NCBI GenBank assembly: GCA_017463185.1
Contig: JAFTPS010000013.1
Coordinates: 3,826-67,825 of the forward strand
Direction of reading: 5' to 3'
Source: Alphaproteobacteria bacterium
Lineage (GTDB): Bacteria > Pseudomonadota > Alphaproteobacteria > Rs-D84
Length of the DNA stretch: 64,000 nucleotides
How positions within the stretch are numbered: position 1 is the first letter of the stretch; every line of letters begins with the position of its first letter. The notes under the pieces were generated by a model that worked only from the letters and a program-made list of their open reading frames with translations, did not search any database and was not told the origin of the DNA. This document shows, one piece after another, positions 20,288 to 31,623 of the stretch. Made by a program: the position numbers and the translations under genes.

Positions 20288-21013
20288 ATGAAACGTAGCG
20301 GATTAATTACAACAAAAATAGGTATGACGCGTTTGTATGATGATGGCGGCGTCGCACATCCAGTCACAGTTTTGGCGGTTGGTGATTGCGCGGTCATTGG
20401 AAATCGTACGCAGGAAAAAAATGGATATGTTGCGAACATCTTGGGTTTGCGCGAAGCCAAGGCAAAACATGTTGCAAAGCCACAATTGGTTGCAGCGGAA
20501 AAGGCAGGTGTAAAACCGTATCGCAAGGTAGTAGAGTTCCGTGTATCTGACGATTGCATTATCCCAGTGGGGACTGCGTTGTCGGCGTCTCATTTTGTTG
20601 TCGGTCAGTTCGTTGATGTCCAAGCGACAAGCAAAGGTAAAGGCTTCCAGGGTGCTATGAAACGTCATAACTTTGGCGGTAAGGAAGCAACACACGGTGT
20701 TTTGAAAGCACATCGCTCTATTGGTGGTACTGGTATGCGTGAATGGCCGGGCCGCGTATTAAAGGGCAAAAAAATGGCGGGGCAGATGGGTAATGAAACC
20801 GTCACCGTCCAGAATTTGAAAGTATTTGGCACAGACGAAGCAGAAAACTTGATTTTCGTAGAAGGCGCAGTTCCGGGTTCTAACGGTACTTTCGTCTTGG
20901 TCACAGACGCAATCAAGAAAGAACACAAAGATTTGCCTGTTCCGACAAAATCTGTATCCACAGACCCTGTTGAAACAGAAACAGCAACCGAAACAGAAGC
21001 TGTGGCGGAATAA
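20288..21013 (+). CDS. rplC: 50S ribosomal protein L3.
   Basis: MKRSGLITTKIGMTRLY ... FVDVQATSKGKGFQGAMKRHNFGG. Confidence 0.95.
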   Translation: MKRSGLITTKIGMTRLYDDGGVAHPVTVLAVGDCAVIGNRTQEKNGYVANILGLREAKAKHVAKPQLVAAEKAGVKPYRKVVEFRVSDDCIIPVGTALSASHFVVGQFVDVQATSKGKGFQGAMKRHNFGGKEATHGVLKAHRSIGGTGMREWPGRVLKGKKMAGQMGNETVTVQNLKVFGTDEAENLIFVEGAVPGSNGTFVLVTDAIKKEHKDLPVPTKSVSTDPVETETATETEAVAE

Positions 21014-21049
21014 TATAACAACAGCGACAGCAAGAGTGAGGTAATTAAA

Positions 21050-21670
21050 ATGCAATTAGATATTATAAATTTTGATGGCAAAGCAGTCGGCAAAGCAGAA
21101 TTGTCCGATGCTGTCTTTGGTTTAGAACCACGTGCTGATATTTTACACCGTGTTGTGACATGGCAACGTGCAAAACAACGTGCCGGTACACATGCTGTTA
21201 AAACTGTTTCTGATGTAGAAGGCAGCGGTAAAAAAGCCTTTAAGCAAAAGAAAACAGGTAATGCACGTCAGGGTGAAAAGTACAATGTTCATATGCGTGG
21301 TGGTGGTGTAGTTCACGGACCAGTTGTTCGCGATCACAGCATTGACCTGCCTAAGAAAGTACGTAGCCTGGGTCTGAAAATGGCTTTGTCTTCTAAGGTA
21401 AAAGATGGCAGCCTGATTATTATTGATTCTGAAAAATTGGCGGCGGCGAAAACAGGTGCATTTGCAAAACAGTTGAAAAAATTGGATATTGTATCTGCTT
21501 TGTTCGTTGGTGCAACAGAATTGGATGAAAACTTCAAGAAATCCGCGGCAAATATCGCAAATATTGATGCTTTGCCAACAATCGGTTTGAATGTACTGGA
21601 TATCTTGAAGCATGAAAAATTGGTTTTGACAGCCGATGCAGTCAAAGCGGTAGAAGCAAGATTGGCGTAA
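21050..21670 (+). CDS. rplD: 50S ribosomal protein L4.
   Basis: Position and sequence: KKAFKQKKTGNARQG..., 206 aa. Confidence 0.93.
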   Translation: MQLDIINFDGKAVGKAELSDAVFGLEPRADILHRVVTWQRAKQRAGTHAVKTVSDVEGSGKKAFKQKKTGNARQGEKYNVHMRGGGVVHGPVVRDHSIDLPKKVRSLGLKMALSSKVKDGSLIIIDSEKLAAAKTGAFAKQLKKLDIVSALFVGATELDENFKKSAANIANIDALPTIGLNVLDILKHEKLVLTADAVKAVEARLA

Positions 21671-21695
21671 TCAATCAAGAATTGAGGTAAGCAAA

Positions 21696-22028
21696 ATGGC
21701 AGAAAAGAAAGTAAGTGCAGAGAAAAAAATCGTTGCGACCGCTGGTATTTATGATATACTGCGTCGTCCGATTATCTCGGAAAAGGCAGCAAAACTGTCT
21801 GAAAGCAATGGTGTGGCTTTTGAAGTTGCAGCAAATGCAACCAAAGAAGATGTTGCCCGTGCGGTAGAGGCAATTTACAATGTAAAACCAACCAAGGTGA
21901 ACATTGTTGTTGTTAAAGGGAAAGTTAAAACTTTCCGTGGTCGTGGTACAGGCACACAGCGCACTGTTAAAAAAGCGTATGTATCTTTGCCGGCAGATGC
22001 AAAACTGGATTTGTCCGCAAATATATAG
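21696..22028 (+). CDS. rplW: 50S ribosomal protein L23.
   Basis: YDILRRPIISEKAAKL ... VVVKGKVKTFRGR. Confidence 0.92.
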   Translation: MAEKKVSAEKKIVATAGIYDILRRPIISEKAAKLSESNGVAFEVAANATKEDVARAVEAIYNVKPTKVNIVVVKGKVKTFRGRGTGTQRTVKKAYVSLPADAKLDLSANI

Positions 22029-22104
22029 TATAATAAACGGCCTTGGCAGAGAACCCAGAATATTTGGATGCTAGTGTCAAGGCATAAACAAAGGTAAGAA
22101 AAAA

Positions 22105-22938
22105 ATGGCATTAAAGCATTATAAGCCAACAACACCAGGTACACGTGGTTTGACACAGGTTGACCGCAGTGAATTGCACCGTGGTGCGCCGGAAAAGGCA
22201 CTGACAGTTGGTTTGAAGTCCAAAGGTGGACGTAATAATTTTGGTCACGTAACCGTTATGCATCAAGGTGGTGGTCATAAACGTAAATATCGTTTGATTG
22301 ACTTTAAACGCAAAAAGATGGATGTCCCTGCGACAGTTGTGCGTTTGGAATATGACCCAAACCGTACTGCTTTTATCGCATTGATTGAATATACAGACGG
22401 TGAACGTGCGTATATCCTGGCACCGCGTGATTTGAAAGCTGGTGATGTTGTTATTGCGGCTGCACACGCTGATATTAAACCAGGTAATGCTATGCCATTA
22501 AAAAATATGCCAATCGGTACAATCGTACATAACGTTGAATTGAAACCTGGTGCTGGTGGTCAGTTGGCTCGCAGTGCAGGGTGCTATGCTCAGTTGATGG
22601 GTAAAGATGGTGTTTATGCACAGATTAAAATGAACAGTGGTGAGTTGCGTAAAGTTCATTCCGAATGTTTGGCAACAGTTGGCAGCGTTTCCAATCCGGA
22701 CCAACGCAATGTCAACTTGGGTAAAGCTGGTCGCGCACGTTGGTTGGGCATTCGTCCGTCCGTACGCGGTATGGCTATGAACCCTGTTGACCATCCGATG
22801 GGTGGTGGTAATGGTCATTCTAAGGGCCACGAACCGGTATCACGTACAGGTATTCCAGCCAAGGGATATCGTACCCGTAGCAATAAACGTACTGCTAAGA
22901 TGATTATTCGCAGCAGACATTTGGCGAAAAAGAAATAA
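22105..22938 (+). CDS. rplB: 50S ribosomal protein L2.
   Basis: [15 protein letters not shown] ... GGGHKRKYR ... [16 protein letters not shown]. Confidence 0.97.
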   Translation: MALKHYKPTTPGTRGLTQVDRSELHRGAPEKALTVGLKSKGGRNNFGHVTVMHQGGGHKRKYRLIDFKRKKMDVPATVVRLEYDPNRTAFIALIEYTDGERAYILAPRDLKAGDVVIAAAHADIKPGNAMPLKNMPIGTIVHNVELKPGAGGQLARSAGCYAQLMGKDGVYAQIKMNSGELRKVHSECLATVGSVSNPDQRNVNLGKAGRARWLGIRPSVRGMAMNPVDHPMGGGNGHSKGHEPVSRTGIPAKGYRTRSNKRTAKMIIRSRHLAKKK

Positions 22939-22960
22939 TAAGAAATAAACGGAGTAAATG

Positions 22961-23245
22961 ATGTCTCGTTCAGTATGGAAAGGTCCTTATGTTCATCCGT
23001 CTGTTTTGAAGAAAACAGCAACGGCTATTGAAAAAGATGACCGTAAACCAATTAAAACTTGGTCTCGTGGCAGCACAATTGTGCCACCAATGGTTGGATT
23101 GACGTTTGAAGTGCACAATGGTAATAAATTTATCCCTGTGTCTATCGTAGAAGATATGATTGGTCACAAGTTGGGTGAATTTGCGCCAACTCGTACTTTC
23201 AAGGGTCACGCAGCGAATAAAAAAGCCGCAGCAGGCAAAAAATAA
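22961..23245 (+). CDS. rpsS: 30S ribosomal protein S19.
   Basis: [18 protein letters not shown] ... [13 protein letters not shown] ... [16 protein letters not shown]. The second ATG is preferred for SD spacing. Confidence 0.93.
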   Translation: MSRSVWKGPYVHPSVLKKTATAIEKDDRKPIKTWSRGSTIVPPMVGLTFEVHNGNKFIPVSIVEDMIGHKLGEFAPTRTFKGHAANKKAAAGKK

Positions 23246-23259
23246 TAAGGTAAGCAGTT

Positions 23260-23664
23260 ATGACAGCAAGATATGGAATTAAAGAAAACCAGGTTCGTGC
23301 ATTCAATAAAATGATTCGCGTTAGCCATCAGAAGTTGAATCTGGTTTGCGATTTGGTTCGCGGTTTACCAGTTGAACGCGCGGTTGATGTCTTGAAATTT
23401 TCCAAGAAACGCGTTGCTGGGGAAGTGTTGAAGACTTTGTTGTCTGCGGTTGCAAACGCAGAACACAACAAAAACCTGCCGGTTGATACTTTGTATGTCA
23501 AAGAAATTTGGTGTGGCAAAGCGTTGACGATGAAACGCATTATGGCGGGACCACGTGGCAGTGCACGTCCGATTTTGAAACCATTCTCAAACTTGACAAT
23601 TGTTTTGGAATCTGGGGTTGCTCCTTCTAAGAAGAAAGCCGCAAAAAAGGAAACAACAAAATAA
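23260..23664 (+). CDS. rplV: 50S ribosomal protein L22.
   Basis: Sequence and position. Confidence 0.93.
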   Translation: MTARYGIKENQVRAFNKMIRVSHQKLNLVCDLVRGLPVERAVDVLKFSKKRVAGEVLKTLLSAVANAEHNKNLPVDTLYVKEIWCGKALTMKRIMAGPRGSARPILKPFSNLTIVLESGVAPSKKKAAKKETTK

Positions 23665-23755
23665 GGTAAGATGTGTGGGGCGGTATGGAATGAAATTTCC
23701 TGAATAAAGTCATCAGACTTCAAGAACGCCCCCATTAAATTTAAGGAAAAAGAAA

Positions 23756-24457
23756 ATGGGACAGAAAGTATCACCTATTTCATTGCGTGAGTTTATCAAC
23801 AAGATTACAGATTCACGTTGGATTGCAGGTAAAAAAGACTATGCGGCATTGTTGGCAGAAGACGTTAAAATCCGCAAGTTTATTGAAAAGAAATTAAAGA
23901 AAGCCGGCTTGGCCAAGGTTGTTATTGAACGCTTTGCCAAAAAGGTTGTCGTGACTATTCATACCAGCAGACCTGGTATGATTATTGGTAAGAACGGTGC
24001 TGATATTGAAGCTTTGCGTAACGATATCAAGAAACTGGTGAAAAATGACCAGGTTGTCGTAAATATTTACGAAGTTCGCCGTCCGGACCTGAATGCACAG
24101 TTGGTTGCGCAGAATATTGCGCAGCAGATTGAAGGTCGTGTTTCTTTCAAACGCGCTATGAAAAAAGCTGTGCAAAATGCTCAGAAAGCTGGTGCCCAGG
24201 GTATCAAAGTTATGTGCAGTGGCCGTTTAAACGGTGCTGAAATTGCGCGTAGCGAACAAATCCGTGAAGGTCGTATTCCATTGCATACTTTGCGTGCGGA
24301 TATTGATTATGCTTCTATCCAGGCAAAGACAACATACGGTGTTATCGGTGTTAAAGTTTGGATTTATACTGGTGATGTTGTAAACAAGGATAAGTTGGCC
24401 TCTGAAATGGCGCGCCCGACCGAATATGCCGGCAGCAGCGAAAGAAAACACAAATAA
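23756..24457 (+). CDS. rpsC: 30S ribosomal protein S3.
   Basis: [11 protein letters not shown] ... KH-domain region. Confidence 0.96.
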   Translation: MGQKVSPISLREFINKITDSRWIAGKKDYAALLAEDVKIRKFIEKKLKKAGLAKVVIERFAKKVVVTIHTSRPGMIIGKNGADIEALRNDIKKLVKNDQVVVNIYEVRRPDLNAQLVAQNIAQQIEGRVSFKRAMKKAVQNAQKAGAQGIKVMCSGRLNGAEIARSEQIREGRIPLHTLRADIDYASIQAKTTYGVIGVKVWIYTGDVVNKDKLASEMARPTEYAGSSERKHK

Positions 24458-24494
24458 TAATTGTAGAAATTATTAGAAATAAAAGGTTTGTATT

Positions 24495-24908
24495 ATGTTA
24501 ATGCCAAAGAAAACAAAATTTCGCAAACAACACAAAGGCCGTATTCACGGCGTTGCGAAAGGTGGCAGCGAATTGGCGTTCGGTTCTTTTGGATTGAAGG
24601 CTATGTCACCAGAACGTGTTACTGCGCGTCAGATTGAGGCGGCACGTCGTGCAATCACTCGTCATATGCGCCGTATGGGTAAACTGTGGATTCGTGTATT
24701 CCCGGATGTTCCCGTCACCAAGAAACCAGCCGAAGTTCGTATGGGTAAAGGTAAAGGTGCGGTTGAATACTGGATTTGCCGTGTAAAGCCAGGTCGCATC
24801 ATGTTTGAACTGGATGGTGTAAAACCAGAAGTTGCATATGAAGCATTTGCGTTGGCGGCGGCAAAACTGCCGGTGAAAACCAAAGTTGTTGAACGCAAAA
24901 TAAACTAA
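24495..24908 (+). CDS. rplP: 50S ribosomal protein L16.
   Basis: [19 protein letters not shown]... Confidence 0.95.
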   Translation: MLMPKKTKFRKQHKGRIHGVAKGGSELAFGSFGLKAMSPERVTARQIEAARRAITRHMRRMGKLWIRVFPDVPVTKKPAEVRMGKGKGAVEYWICRVKPGRIMFELDGVKPEVAYEAFALAAAKLPVKTKVVERKIN

Positions 24909-24962
24909 TGGAATTGCGCACCCGGGGAATAACCCCGGGGCAGGGCAAAAAAGGTAGTTAAA

Positions 24963-25154
24963 ATGGCTGAAAAGAAAGTTGAAAACGAATTGACGATGGA
25001 AGCACTGGAAAGTAAATTGGCTGATTTGAAAAAAGAACAAATGAACCAACGCTTTCAGCACGCTGCTGGTCAGATGCCAAAAACACACGTTATGCGTCAG
25101 ACCCGTCGTGAAATTGCACGCGTAAAAACAAAATTGAACGCTGCAAAAAAATAA
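24963..25154 (+). CDS. rpmC: 50S ribosomal protein L29.
   Basis: 63 aa. LRQTRREIARVKT. Confidence 0.9.
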   Translation: MAEKKVENELTMEALESKLADLKKEQMNQRFQHAAGQMPKTHVMRQTRREIARVKTKLNAAKK

Positions 25155-25314
25155 AAAAATTGCTGATTTTTGTTGAGATTTCTAAAATTTTAGATATTAT
25201 AGGCAGGGTCAGAAAAGTAAAAACAAGGATTTAGTCCGTGGGTTTTGTGCCGTAAAATATGAAATTTGGTGCTAAAATCCGCGGGTTAGATAAACAGTAT
25301 AAGGGACAATAGTT

Positions 25315-25584
25315 ATGCCAAGACGTATACTGCAAGGAACGGTTATCAGTACAGCAAACGATAAAACTGTCGTTGTAGAGGTGGAACGTCGTTTCCGTCA
25401 TCCGCTGTATGGTAAGTTCGTAAAGCACAATAAAAAATACAAGGCGCACGATGAAAACAATGAATATAAAATTGGTGAAATCGTAGCGATTGAAGAACAT
25501 CGTCCAATCTCTAAGACAAAATCTTGGGTTGTAAAGGGGCGCGTTGGTGTTTCCAAAGACGATGCAGTTGAAGTAGTTGACTAA
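25315..25584 (+). CDS. rpsQ: 30S ribosomal protein S17.
   Basis: [40 protein letters not shown]. Confidence 0.94.
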   Translation: MPRRILQGTVISTANDKTVVVEVERRFRHPLYGKFVKHNKKYKAHDENNEYKIGEIVAIEEHRPISKTKSWVVKGRVGVSKDDAVEVVD

Positions 25585-25691
25585 TAATCAACGGGTTCTT
25601 TGAGGTCGGTTCGGGAAAGTATAAGGCGACAGTCGGAACCCATAACAAAGCGGTGGGGGATTGCTCCGTGCGCAGGTAAAGGATTAAAGTT

Positions 25692-26066
25692 ATGATTCAA
25701 AATGAAACAGTTATGACGGTTGCAGACAACAGTGGTGCGCGTAAAGCAATGTGCATCAAGGTGTTGGGCGGTTCTCATCGTCGTTATGCAACAGTTGGCG
25801 ACAAAATTGTCGTTGCCATTAAAGAGGCCATTCCACGTGGTAAAGTTCAAAAAGGTACTGTACAGCGTGCTATTATCGTTCGTACAAAGTTCCCTGTCAA
25901 ACGTCCTGATGGTTCCATCATTCGTTTTGACGACAATGCGGTTGTTTTAATCAATAAAAACAATTTTGAACCAATTGGAACCCGTATCTTTGGGCCGATT
26001 GCCCGTGAAGTTCGTCGTAAATACGATGTGCAGAAAATCGTGTCTTTGGCACCGGAAGTAATCTAA
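25692..26066 (+). CDS. rplN: 50S ribosomal protein L14.
   Basis: [28 protein letters not shown]... Confidence 0.96.
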   Translation: MIQNETVMTVADNSGARKAMCIKVLGGSHRRYATVGDKIVVAIKEAIPRGKVQKGTVQRAIIVRTKFPVKRPDGSIIRFDDNAVVLINKNNFEPIGTRIFGPIAREVRRKYDVQKIVSLAPEVI

Positions 26067-26086
26067 TAACAGATGGAAGGCATAAA

Positions 26087-26389
26087 ATGAAAATTAAAAA
26101 AGGCGACGAAGTCGTAGTTATTTCGGGAAAATACAAAGGCGTTAAAGGCAAAGTTCTGGAAGCGCGCCCGTCTGAATCACGTGTTGTTGTTGAAGGTGTC
26201 AACCGTCGTAAATGGCACATCAAACCCACACAGGAACAGCCTGGTCATATCATTGACCGCGAAGCACCGGTTCATGTATCCAATGTTGCATTGGTTGACC
26301 CAAAAACCAAAAAGGCAACACGCGTTGGTTATAAAGTAGAAGCCGGTAAAAAGGTTCGCGTTGCAAAGAAATCTGGTGCTGAGATATAA
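26087..26389 (+). CDS. rplX: 50S ribosomal protein L24.
   Basis: [24 protein letters not shown]... Confidence 0.94.
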   Translation: MKIKKGDEVVVISGKYKGVKGKVLEARPSESRVVVEGVNRRKWHIKPTQEQPGHIIDREAPVHVSNVALVDPKTKKATRVGYKVEAGKKVRVAKKSGAEI

Positions 26390-26440
26390 GTAAAAAATTG
26401 TTGCCCGCTGTTACGGGGACACAACAAAAGGAATAAAGAA

Positions 26441-26986
26441 ATGCAAAGCAGATTGCGTGAAATTTATGAAAAAGAAATTGTGCCTGAATTGAAAAAAGAA
26501 TTCGGATACACAAATGAGTTGGCGGTTCCAAAACTGACCAAGATTGTTTTGAATATGGGGGTTGGCGAAGCTGTTTCTGATAAAAAGAAATTGGATTCCG
26601 CAGCGGCTGATTTGACCGCGATTGCAGCCCAGAAATCAGTTATCACACGTGCGAAAAAATCCATCGCGACATATCGTCTGCGCGAAGGTCAACCTATTGG
26701 TACCAAGGTGACACTGCGTGGAAAACGTATGTATGATTTCTTGGATAAACTGATTACAGTTGCTTTGCCACGTGTAAAAGACTTCCGTGGTCTGTCAAAA
26801 TCTAAATTTGATGGTCGTGGCAATTATGCGTTCGGTATCAAAGAACATCTGATTTTCCCGGAAATTTCCGTTGATAAAATTGATGCTATTCGCGGTATGG
26901 ATATCGTTATCGCGACAACAGCAAAAACAGATGACGAAGCACGTGCATTGCTGACCAAAATCGGCTTGCCATTGGTTTTGAAATAA
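26441..26986 (+). CDS. rplE: 50S ribosomal protein L5.
   Basis: Sequence and position. Confidence 0.95.
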   Translation: MQSRLREIYEKEIVPELKKEFGYTNELAVPKLTKIVLNMGVGEAVSDKKKLDSAAADLTAIAAQKSVITRAKKSIATYRLREGQPIGTKVTLRGKRMYDFLDKLITVALPRVKDFRGLSKSKFDGRGNYAFGIKEHLIFPEISVDKIDAIRGMDIVIATTAKTDDEARALLTKIGLPLVLK

Positions 26987-27004
26987 TAAAAAAGGTTAAA
27001 AAAG

Positions 27005-27307
27005 ATGGCGAAATTAGCTTTAATCAACAAACAAAAAAGACGTGAAAAACTGGTCGCACAATATGCCAAAAAGCGTGAAGCGATTAAAGAAAAAATGTCT
27101 GTCAATGCAACACCAGATGAACGTATGGATGCAATGAAGAAATTGGCAAAATTGCCACGTAATGCAAACCCAACACGTCTGCGTAATCGTTGCAGCGTGA
27201 CCGGCCGTTCTCGTGGGTATTCCCGCTTGTTCGGTCTGTGTCGTCAGCAGGTTCGTACAATGGCAAGTGAAGGTAAATTGCCAGGTGTACGTAAATCTAG
27301 CTGGTAA
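27005..27307 (+). CDS. rpsN: 30S ribosomal protein S14 (long, non-zinc type).
   Basis: 100 aa. ...[43 protein letters not shown]. Confidence 0.94.
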   Translation: MAKLALINKQKRREKLVAQYAKKREAIKEKMSVNATPDERMDAMKKLAKLPRNANPTRLRNRCSVTGRSRGYSRLFGLCRQQVRTMASEGKLPGVRKSSW

Positions 27308-27384
27308 AATAAAACAATCCAACTGTGGACAATGCAGTTGTGGAAACAGTGCAGGGCGTTGCCCTGTAACGTAAGGAGTAAAAG

Positions 27385-27783
27385 ATGTCATTATCACACC
27401 CAATCGGCGATATGGTTACCCGCATCCGTAATGGTCAAAATGCAGGTAAAGAAACAATCGTCGTTCCAAACAGCAAATTGCGTCAGGCAGTTTTGTCTGT
27501 GTTAAAAGATGAAGGTTTCATCACAGATTTCCGCATTGAACAAATTGACGAACATCGTTCTAATTTGGTCGTTGAATTAAAGTATGTCGGCGGAAACGGT
27601 GCAATCCAGGAAATTTCCGTAGTATCCAAACCGGGGCGCCGCGTATATTCTGGCAGTGCAAAAATGCCAAAGGTATTGAATGGCTTGGGTATTGCGATTG
27701 TCTCTACACCAAATGGGGTTATGACTGACCACAAGGCGCGTCTGATGAATGTCGGCGGTGAAGTATTGTGCAAGGTTATCTAA
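27385..27783 (+). CDS. rpsH: 30S ribosomal protein S8.
   Basis: MSLSHPIGDMVTRIRNGQNAGKE... Confidence 0.95.
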   Translation: MSLSHPIGDMVTRIRNGQNAGKETIVVPNSKLRQAVLSVLKDEGFITDFRIEQIDEHRSNLVVELKYVGGNGAIQEISVVSKPGRRVYSGSAKMPKVLNGLGIAIVSTPNGVMTDHKARLMNVGGEVLCKVI

Positions 27784-27802
27784 TTAAAGTGAGGATTTAG
27801 TT

Positions 27803-28354
27803 ATGTCTCGTGCAGGAAAATATCCAATTAAATTGAAAGACGGCGTATCGGTCGCAATTGTGGACAATGCGTTGGTCGTCAAAGGCCCAAAGGGTGAATT
27901 GAATTTGCCACTGAATACAAAAAACGCTGGCTTGGTTGATATAGCGATTGAGGCTGACCAAGTTGTTATCACACCAAAAGATGCCGAGGATAAGGCTTCT
28001 CGTGCAATGTGGGGAACAATGGCGCGTAATGTTCGCAGTGCAGTGGAAGGCGTTTCAAATGGTTTTGAAAAACCTATGTATATGAAGGGTGTTGGTTACA
28101 AAGCATCGGTGAAGGGTAATCAGTTAGTTTTGGTTGCTGGCTATTCTCATGATGTTGTTATGGACATCCCAGCGGGTTTAACCGTTGTTATGGGTGATGC
28201 GCCAACAGAATTTACTGTCAAGGGTATGGACAAGTGTTTGGTTGGTCAGTTTGCGGACAAAATTCATAAGGTACGCAAGGCAGATCCGTACAAGGGTAAG
28301 GGCATCTTCTATAAGGGCGAAAAGATCCGTCGCAAAGAAGGTAAAAAGAAATAA
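27803..28354 (+). CDS. rplF: 50S ribosomal protein L6.
   Basis: MSRAGKYPIKLKDGVSVAI... Confidence 0.95.
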   Translation: MSRAGKYPIKLKDGVSVAIVDNALVVKGPKGELNLPLNTKNAGLVDIAIEADQVVITPKDAEDKASRAMWGTMARNVRSAVEGVSNGFEKPMYMKGVGYKASVKGNQLVLVAGYSHDVVMDIPAGLTVVMGDAPTEFTVKGMDKCLVGQFADKIHKVRKADPYKGKGIFYKGEKIRRKEGKKK

Positions 28355-28408
28355 TTGTTAAACTTTGATTCCCGCTGTTACGGGAATCGGAAAAAAGGGA
28401 AAAAGAAA

Positions 28409-28765
28409 ATGTTGAAACATTTGAACTCGGAAGAAAGACGCACGTTAGCAAATCGTGGTGCGTTGAAAAGAAAAAATCCTGGCAAGATTCGTTTGTCAGT
28501 TTTCCGTTCTGGCCGTCATATTGAAATCCAGGCCATTGATGACACCAAAGGTCACACAATCTGTGCTGCATCTTCTAAGGAAAAGGGATTTGCTGGTAAA
28601 GGTTGGAATGTTGCCGGTGCTGAGCTGGTTGGCAAGGCGTTTGCTGAACGTGTAGTTGCGGCAAATGTTGCTGACAATTGTTATTTTGATCGTGGTGGTT
28701 ATCGTTATCACGGTCGTGTAAAGGCACTGTGCGAAGCAATCCGCGCTGGTGGCGTTAGAATATAA
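28409..28765 (+). CDS. rplR: 50S ribosomal protein L18.
   Basis: [23 protein letters not shown]... Internal ATG chosen; the ORF-track frame starts at 28355. Confidence 0.9.
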   Translation: MLKHLNSEERRTLANRGALKRKNPGKIRLSVFRSGRHIEIQAIDDTKGHTICAASSKEKGFAGKGWNVAGAELVGKAFAERVVAANVADNCYFDRGGYRYHGRVKALCEAIRAGGVRI

Positions 28766-28788
28766 TTTGAATAAGACGGAGTATTATA

Positions 28789-29343
28789 ATGGCACGTTTT
28801 GATGATAAAAAATTGCAGACGGATAATTTGGTAGATAAGTTGGTTTCTATCAACCGTGTATCTAAGACTGTAAAGGGCGGTCGCAATATGTCTTTTTCGG
28901 CCTTGGTTGTGGTCGGTGACAAAGCAGGTCGCGTTGGTTTTGGTAAAGGTAAAGCATTGGAAGTTCAGTCCGCTGTACAGAAAGCGACAAAAGCTGCCAA
29001 GGCTAAAATGATTCGTGTTCCTTTGAAAGAAGGTCGCACATTGCATCACGATATTGCATCTAAATATGGTGCAAGCAAGTTGGTTGTACGCAGTGCTGTT
29101 CCTGGTACTGGTATAATTGCTGGTGGTGCGTTGCGTGCGGTATTTGAATGCTTGGGCGTCCAGGACGTTGTTGTAAAGTCCCAGGGGTCAAATAATCCAA
29201 ACAATATGATTCGTGCAGCTTTCTTGGCGTTTAATAAAATGAATTCGCCAAAAACAGTGGCGGCGCGTCGTGGTAAAACTGTGGCTGAAATCATTGCTGG
29301 TCGTGATGGCAAGAAAGTAGAAGTTGCCGAAGAAGCAAAATAA
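28789..29343 (+). CDS. rpsE: 30S ribosomal protein S5.
   Basis: ...[43 protein letters not shown]... Confidence 0.96.
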   Translation: MARFDDKKLQTDNLVDKLVSINRVSKTVKGGRNMSFSALVVVGDKAGRVGFGKGKALEVQSAVQKATKAAKAKMIRVPLKEGRTLHHDIASKYGASKLVVRSAVPGTGIIAGGALRAVFECLGVQDVVVKSQGSNNPNNMIRAAFLAFNKMNSPKTVAARRGKTVAEIIAGRDGKKVEVAEEAK

Positions 29344-29372
29344 TCTGGGTAAAGATAATAGGAGTTTTAATT

Positions 29373-29552
29373 ATGGCTAAAATAGTTGTAAAACAGGTTA
29401 AAAGTACTATCGGTCGCCCAGAAGCACAGGTCAAAATAGTGAAAGCTTTGGGCCTGGGGCGTATCGGTAAAACCAAGGAAATTACAGATTCTGAATCTGT
29501 TCGTGGTATGGTTGCCAAAGTTTCTCATTTGGTTGAAATCGTTGAAAAATAA
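29373..29552 (+). CDS. rpmD: 50S ribosomal protein L30.
   Basis: 59-aa ORF, below the ORF-track size cut-off. MAKIVVKQVKSTIGRPEAQVKIVKALGLGRIGKTKEI... Confidence 0.88.
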   Translation: MAKIVVKQVKSTIGRPEAQVKIVKALGLGRIGKTKEITDSESVRGMVAKVSHLVEIVEK

Positions 29553-29629
29553 AAATTAAACCGAGTATGTAAACAACACTTGTTTATATGCGACAAAGAA
29601 CTACATAGGTAGTTATAGGAGTAAAAGAA

Positions 29630-30088
29630 ATGAAATTAAATGCATTGATGGATAATTTTGGTGCCCGTAAGGATGTTAAACGCGTTGGTCGCGGTATGGC
29701 GTCTGGTTATGGCAAGACAGCAGGTCGTGGTCACAAAGGTCAGAAATCGCGCAGCGGTTCCCGCAAGCAGGCGACTTTCCAGGGTGGTCAGATGCCGATT
29801 TTGCGTCGTTTCCCAAAATTTGGTTTTAACAATCCGTTTGCTAAGGAATATGTAACTATCAATCTGGGCGATATTGAAAAATTTATTGCGTCTGGCAAGA
29901 TTGATGCAAGCAAAGATATTACTGTTGATTCTTTGTTGGCTGCAAAAGTTATCAATCGTAAAATGGATGGTTTGAAAGTTTTGGCTAAGGGCGAAATCAA
30001 AAACGCTGTAAATGTTGTTGCGGACAAGTGGTCCAAAGCAGCAGAAGCCGCGATTGTAAAAGCCGGTGGCACAATTAAAAATAACTAA
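29630..30088 (+). CDS. rplO: 50S ribosomal protein L15.
   Basis: MKLNALMDNFGARKDVKRVGRGMASGYGKTAGRGHKGQKSRSG... Confidence 0.95.
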   Translation: MKLNALMDNFGARKDVKRVGRGMASGYGKTAGRGHKGQKSRSGSRKQATFQGGQMPILRRFPKFGFNNPFAKEYVTINLGDIEKFIASGKIDASKDITVDSLLAAKVINRKMDGLKVLAKGEIKNAVNVVADKWSKAAEAAIVKAGGTIKNN

Positions 30089-30129
30089 TTGTTTTATATT
30101 TGCACCTGGGGGAACCTGGGTGCAAGTCA

Positions 30130-31467
30130 ATGGTTAAAATTCATAACGCAATGAAATTCTTAAAAAACTTTTTCGGTAACCTTAGTGATTTGCAGAAGCG
30201 TATTCTGTTTACGTTGGGGGCACTTATCGTTTATCGTATTGGTTCGTTTATTCCGTTGCCTGGTGTAAATGCATCCGCTGTTTTGCATTTATTCAGTGGC
30301 GATAATGGAATGATGGGAATGTTTGATATGTTCAGTGGTGGCTCTCTGTCACGTATGTCTGTTTTGGCATTGAACATTTTCCCGTATATTTCCGCTTCTA
30401 TTGTTTTGCAGTTGTTGACAGCAACCAGCAAATCTTTAAGCGAATTACGTAAAGAAGGTGAATCTGGTCGTATCAAAATAAACCAGTATACACGTTATTT
30501 GGCGGTGTTTTTGGCGGTTGTACAGGGATGGGCCGTTATTCGTGGGCTTGAAGCGATGGCCCCTGTCAATGGTGTTTCTGCGGTTGTAAATCCGGGTTTT
30601 GCGTTTGAATTATCCGCTATTATTGCATTGGTTGGCGGTACAGTATTTGTTATGTGGCTGGCCGAGCAGATTACCGCACGTGGTATCGGACAGGGTGCAT
30701 CTTTGCTTATCTTTGCGGGGATTATTGCCGAAGTGCCGGGTGGACTGGCCAAGGTTTTCTCGCTGGGGTCGGTTGGACAGATTTCACCGGCTATGATTGC
30801 ATTGATTGTTGTGTTTGTGGTTGGCATTGTAGCGTTGATTGCGTTCTTTGAACAGGCTCAGCGTCGTATCCAGATTTTATATCCACGTCAGGTTATGGCA
30901 AATGGTGTTATGAATACTAATGCATCGTATTTGCCAATTAAAATCAATATGTCTGGCGTTATGGGACCGGTGTTTGCTTCGTCTATTATGATGTTGCCCG
31001 CATTTGTTCAGCGTTTTGTGCAAAGTGAAAATCTGTGGGTTCAGAATGTTATGGCATTCTTTACCTATGGTACGTGGTCATATATTATTACATTTACGGT
31101 ATTGATTGCGTTCTTTGCATATTTTCAGACGGCGGTTATTTTTAATTCTGAGGAAACCAGTAATAATTTGAAAAATGCTGGTGGTTATATCCCGGGGGTT
31201 CGTCCGGGCGAACAAACAATTCATTATCTGGATAATGTTGTTTCCCGTACGACGGCGATTGGTGTGGCGTATCTGATAGTTGTGTGTGTGTTGCCTATTA
31301 TTTTGAATACCCACGCGGGGATGCCTTTGGCAATTGGAGGAACCAGCGTTTTGATTGTGGCGGGCGTTGTGCTGGATACAATGAATCAGGTTCAGTCATA
31401 TTTGGTGGCAAAACAATATAGTGGCGTTATCCAAAAGGCACAAAAGAAAGGTCGTTTCCGTGGCTAG
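30130..31467 (+). CDS. secY: Preprotein translocase subunit SecY. Start codon is uncertain (30130 or 30151).
   Basis: ...LQKRILFTLGALIVYRIGSFIPLPGV... 10 TM segments. The ORF track extends the frame to 30100. Confidence 0.95.
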   Translation: MVKIHNAMKFLKNFFGNLSDLQKRILFTLGALIVYRIGSFIPLPGVNASAVLHLFSGDNGMMGMFDMFSGGSLSRMSVLALNIFPYISASIVLQLLTATSKSLSELRKEGESGRIKINQYTRYLAVFLAVVQGWAVIRGLEAMAPVNGVSAVVNPGFAFELSAIIALVGGTVFVMWLAEQITARGIGQGASLLIFAGIIAEVPGGLAKVFSLGSVGQISPAMIALIVVFVVGIVALIAFFEQAQRRIQILYPRQVMANGVMNTNASYLPIKINMSGVMGPVFASSIMMLPAFVQRFVQSENLWVQNVMAFFTYGTWSYIITFTVLIAFFAYFQTAVIFNSEETSNNLKNAGGYIPGVRPGEQTIHYLDNVVSRTTAIGVAYLIVVCVLPIILNTHAGMPLAIGGTSVLIVAGVVLDTMNQVQSYLVAKQYSGVIQKAQKKGRFRG

Positions 31468-31623
31468 GTCCGTGGGACGATAAACAAAGATTTGACTTTT
31501 GTCGTGTTTTGTATAAAATTATGCGGCAAAATAAAAATAGCCCACGATAAAAAAATCTTGGGTTTGGGTATCGGGGTGCGGGTGGACTCGCGCTTCGCAG
31601 TTAAATAAAAAGGAAAATAAAAA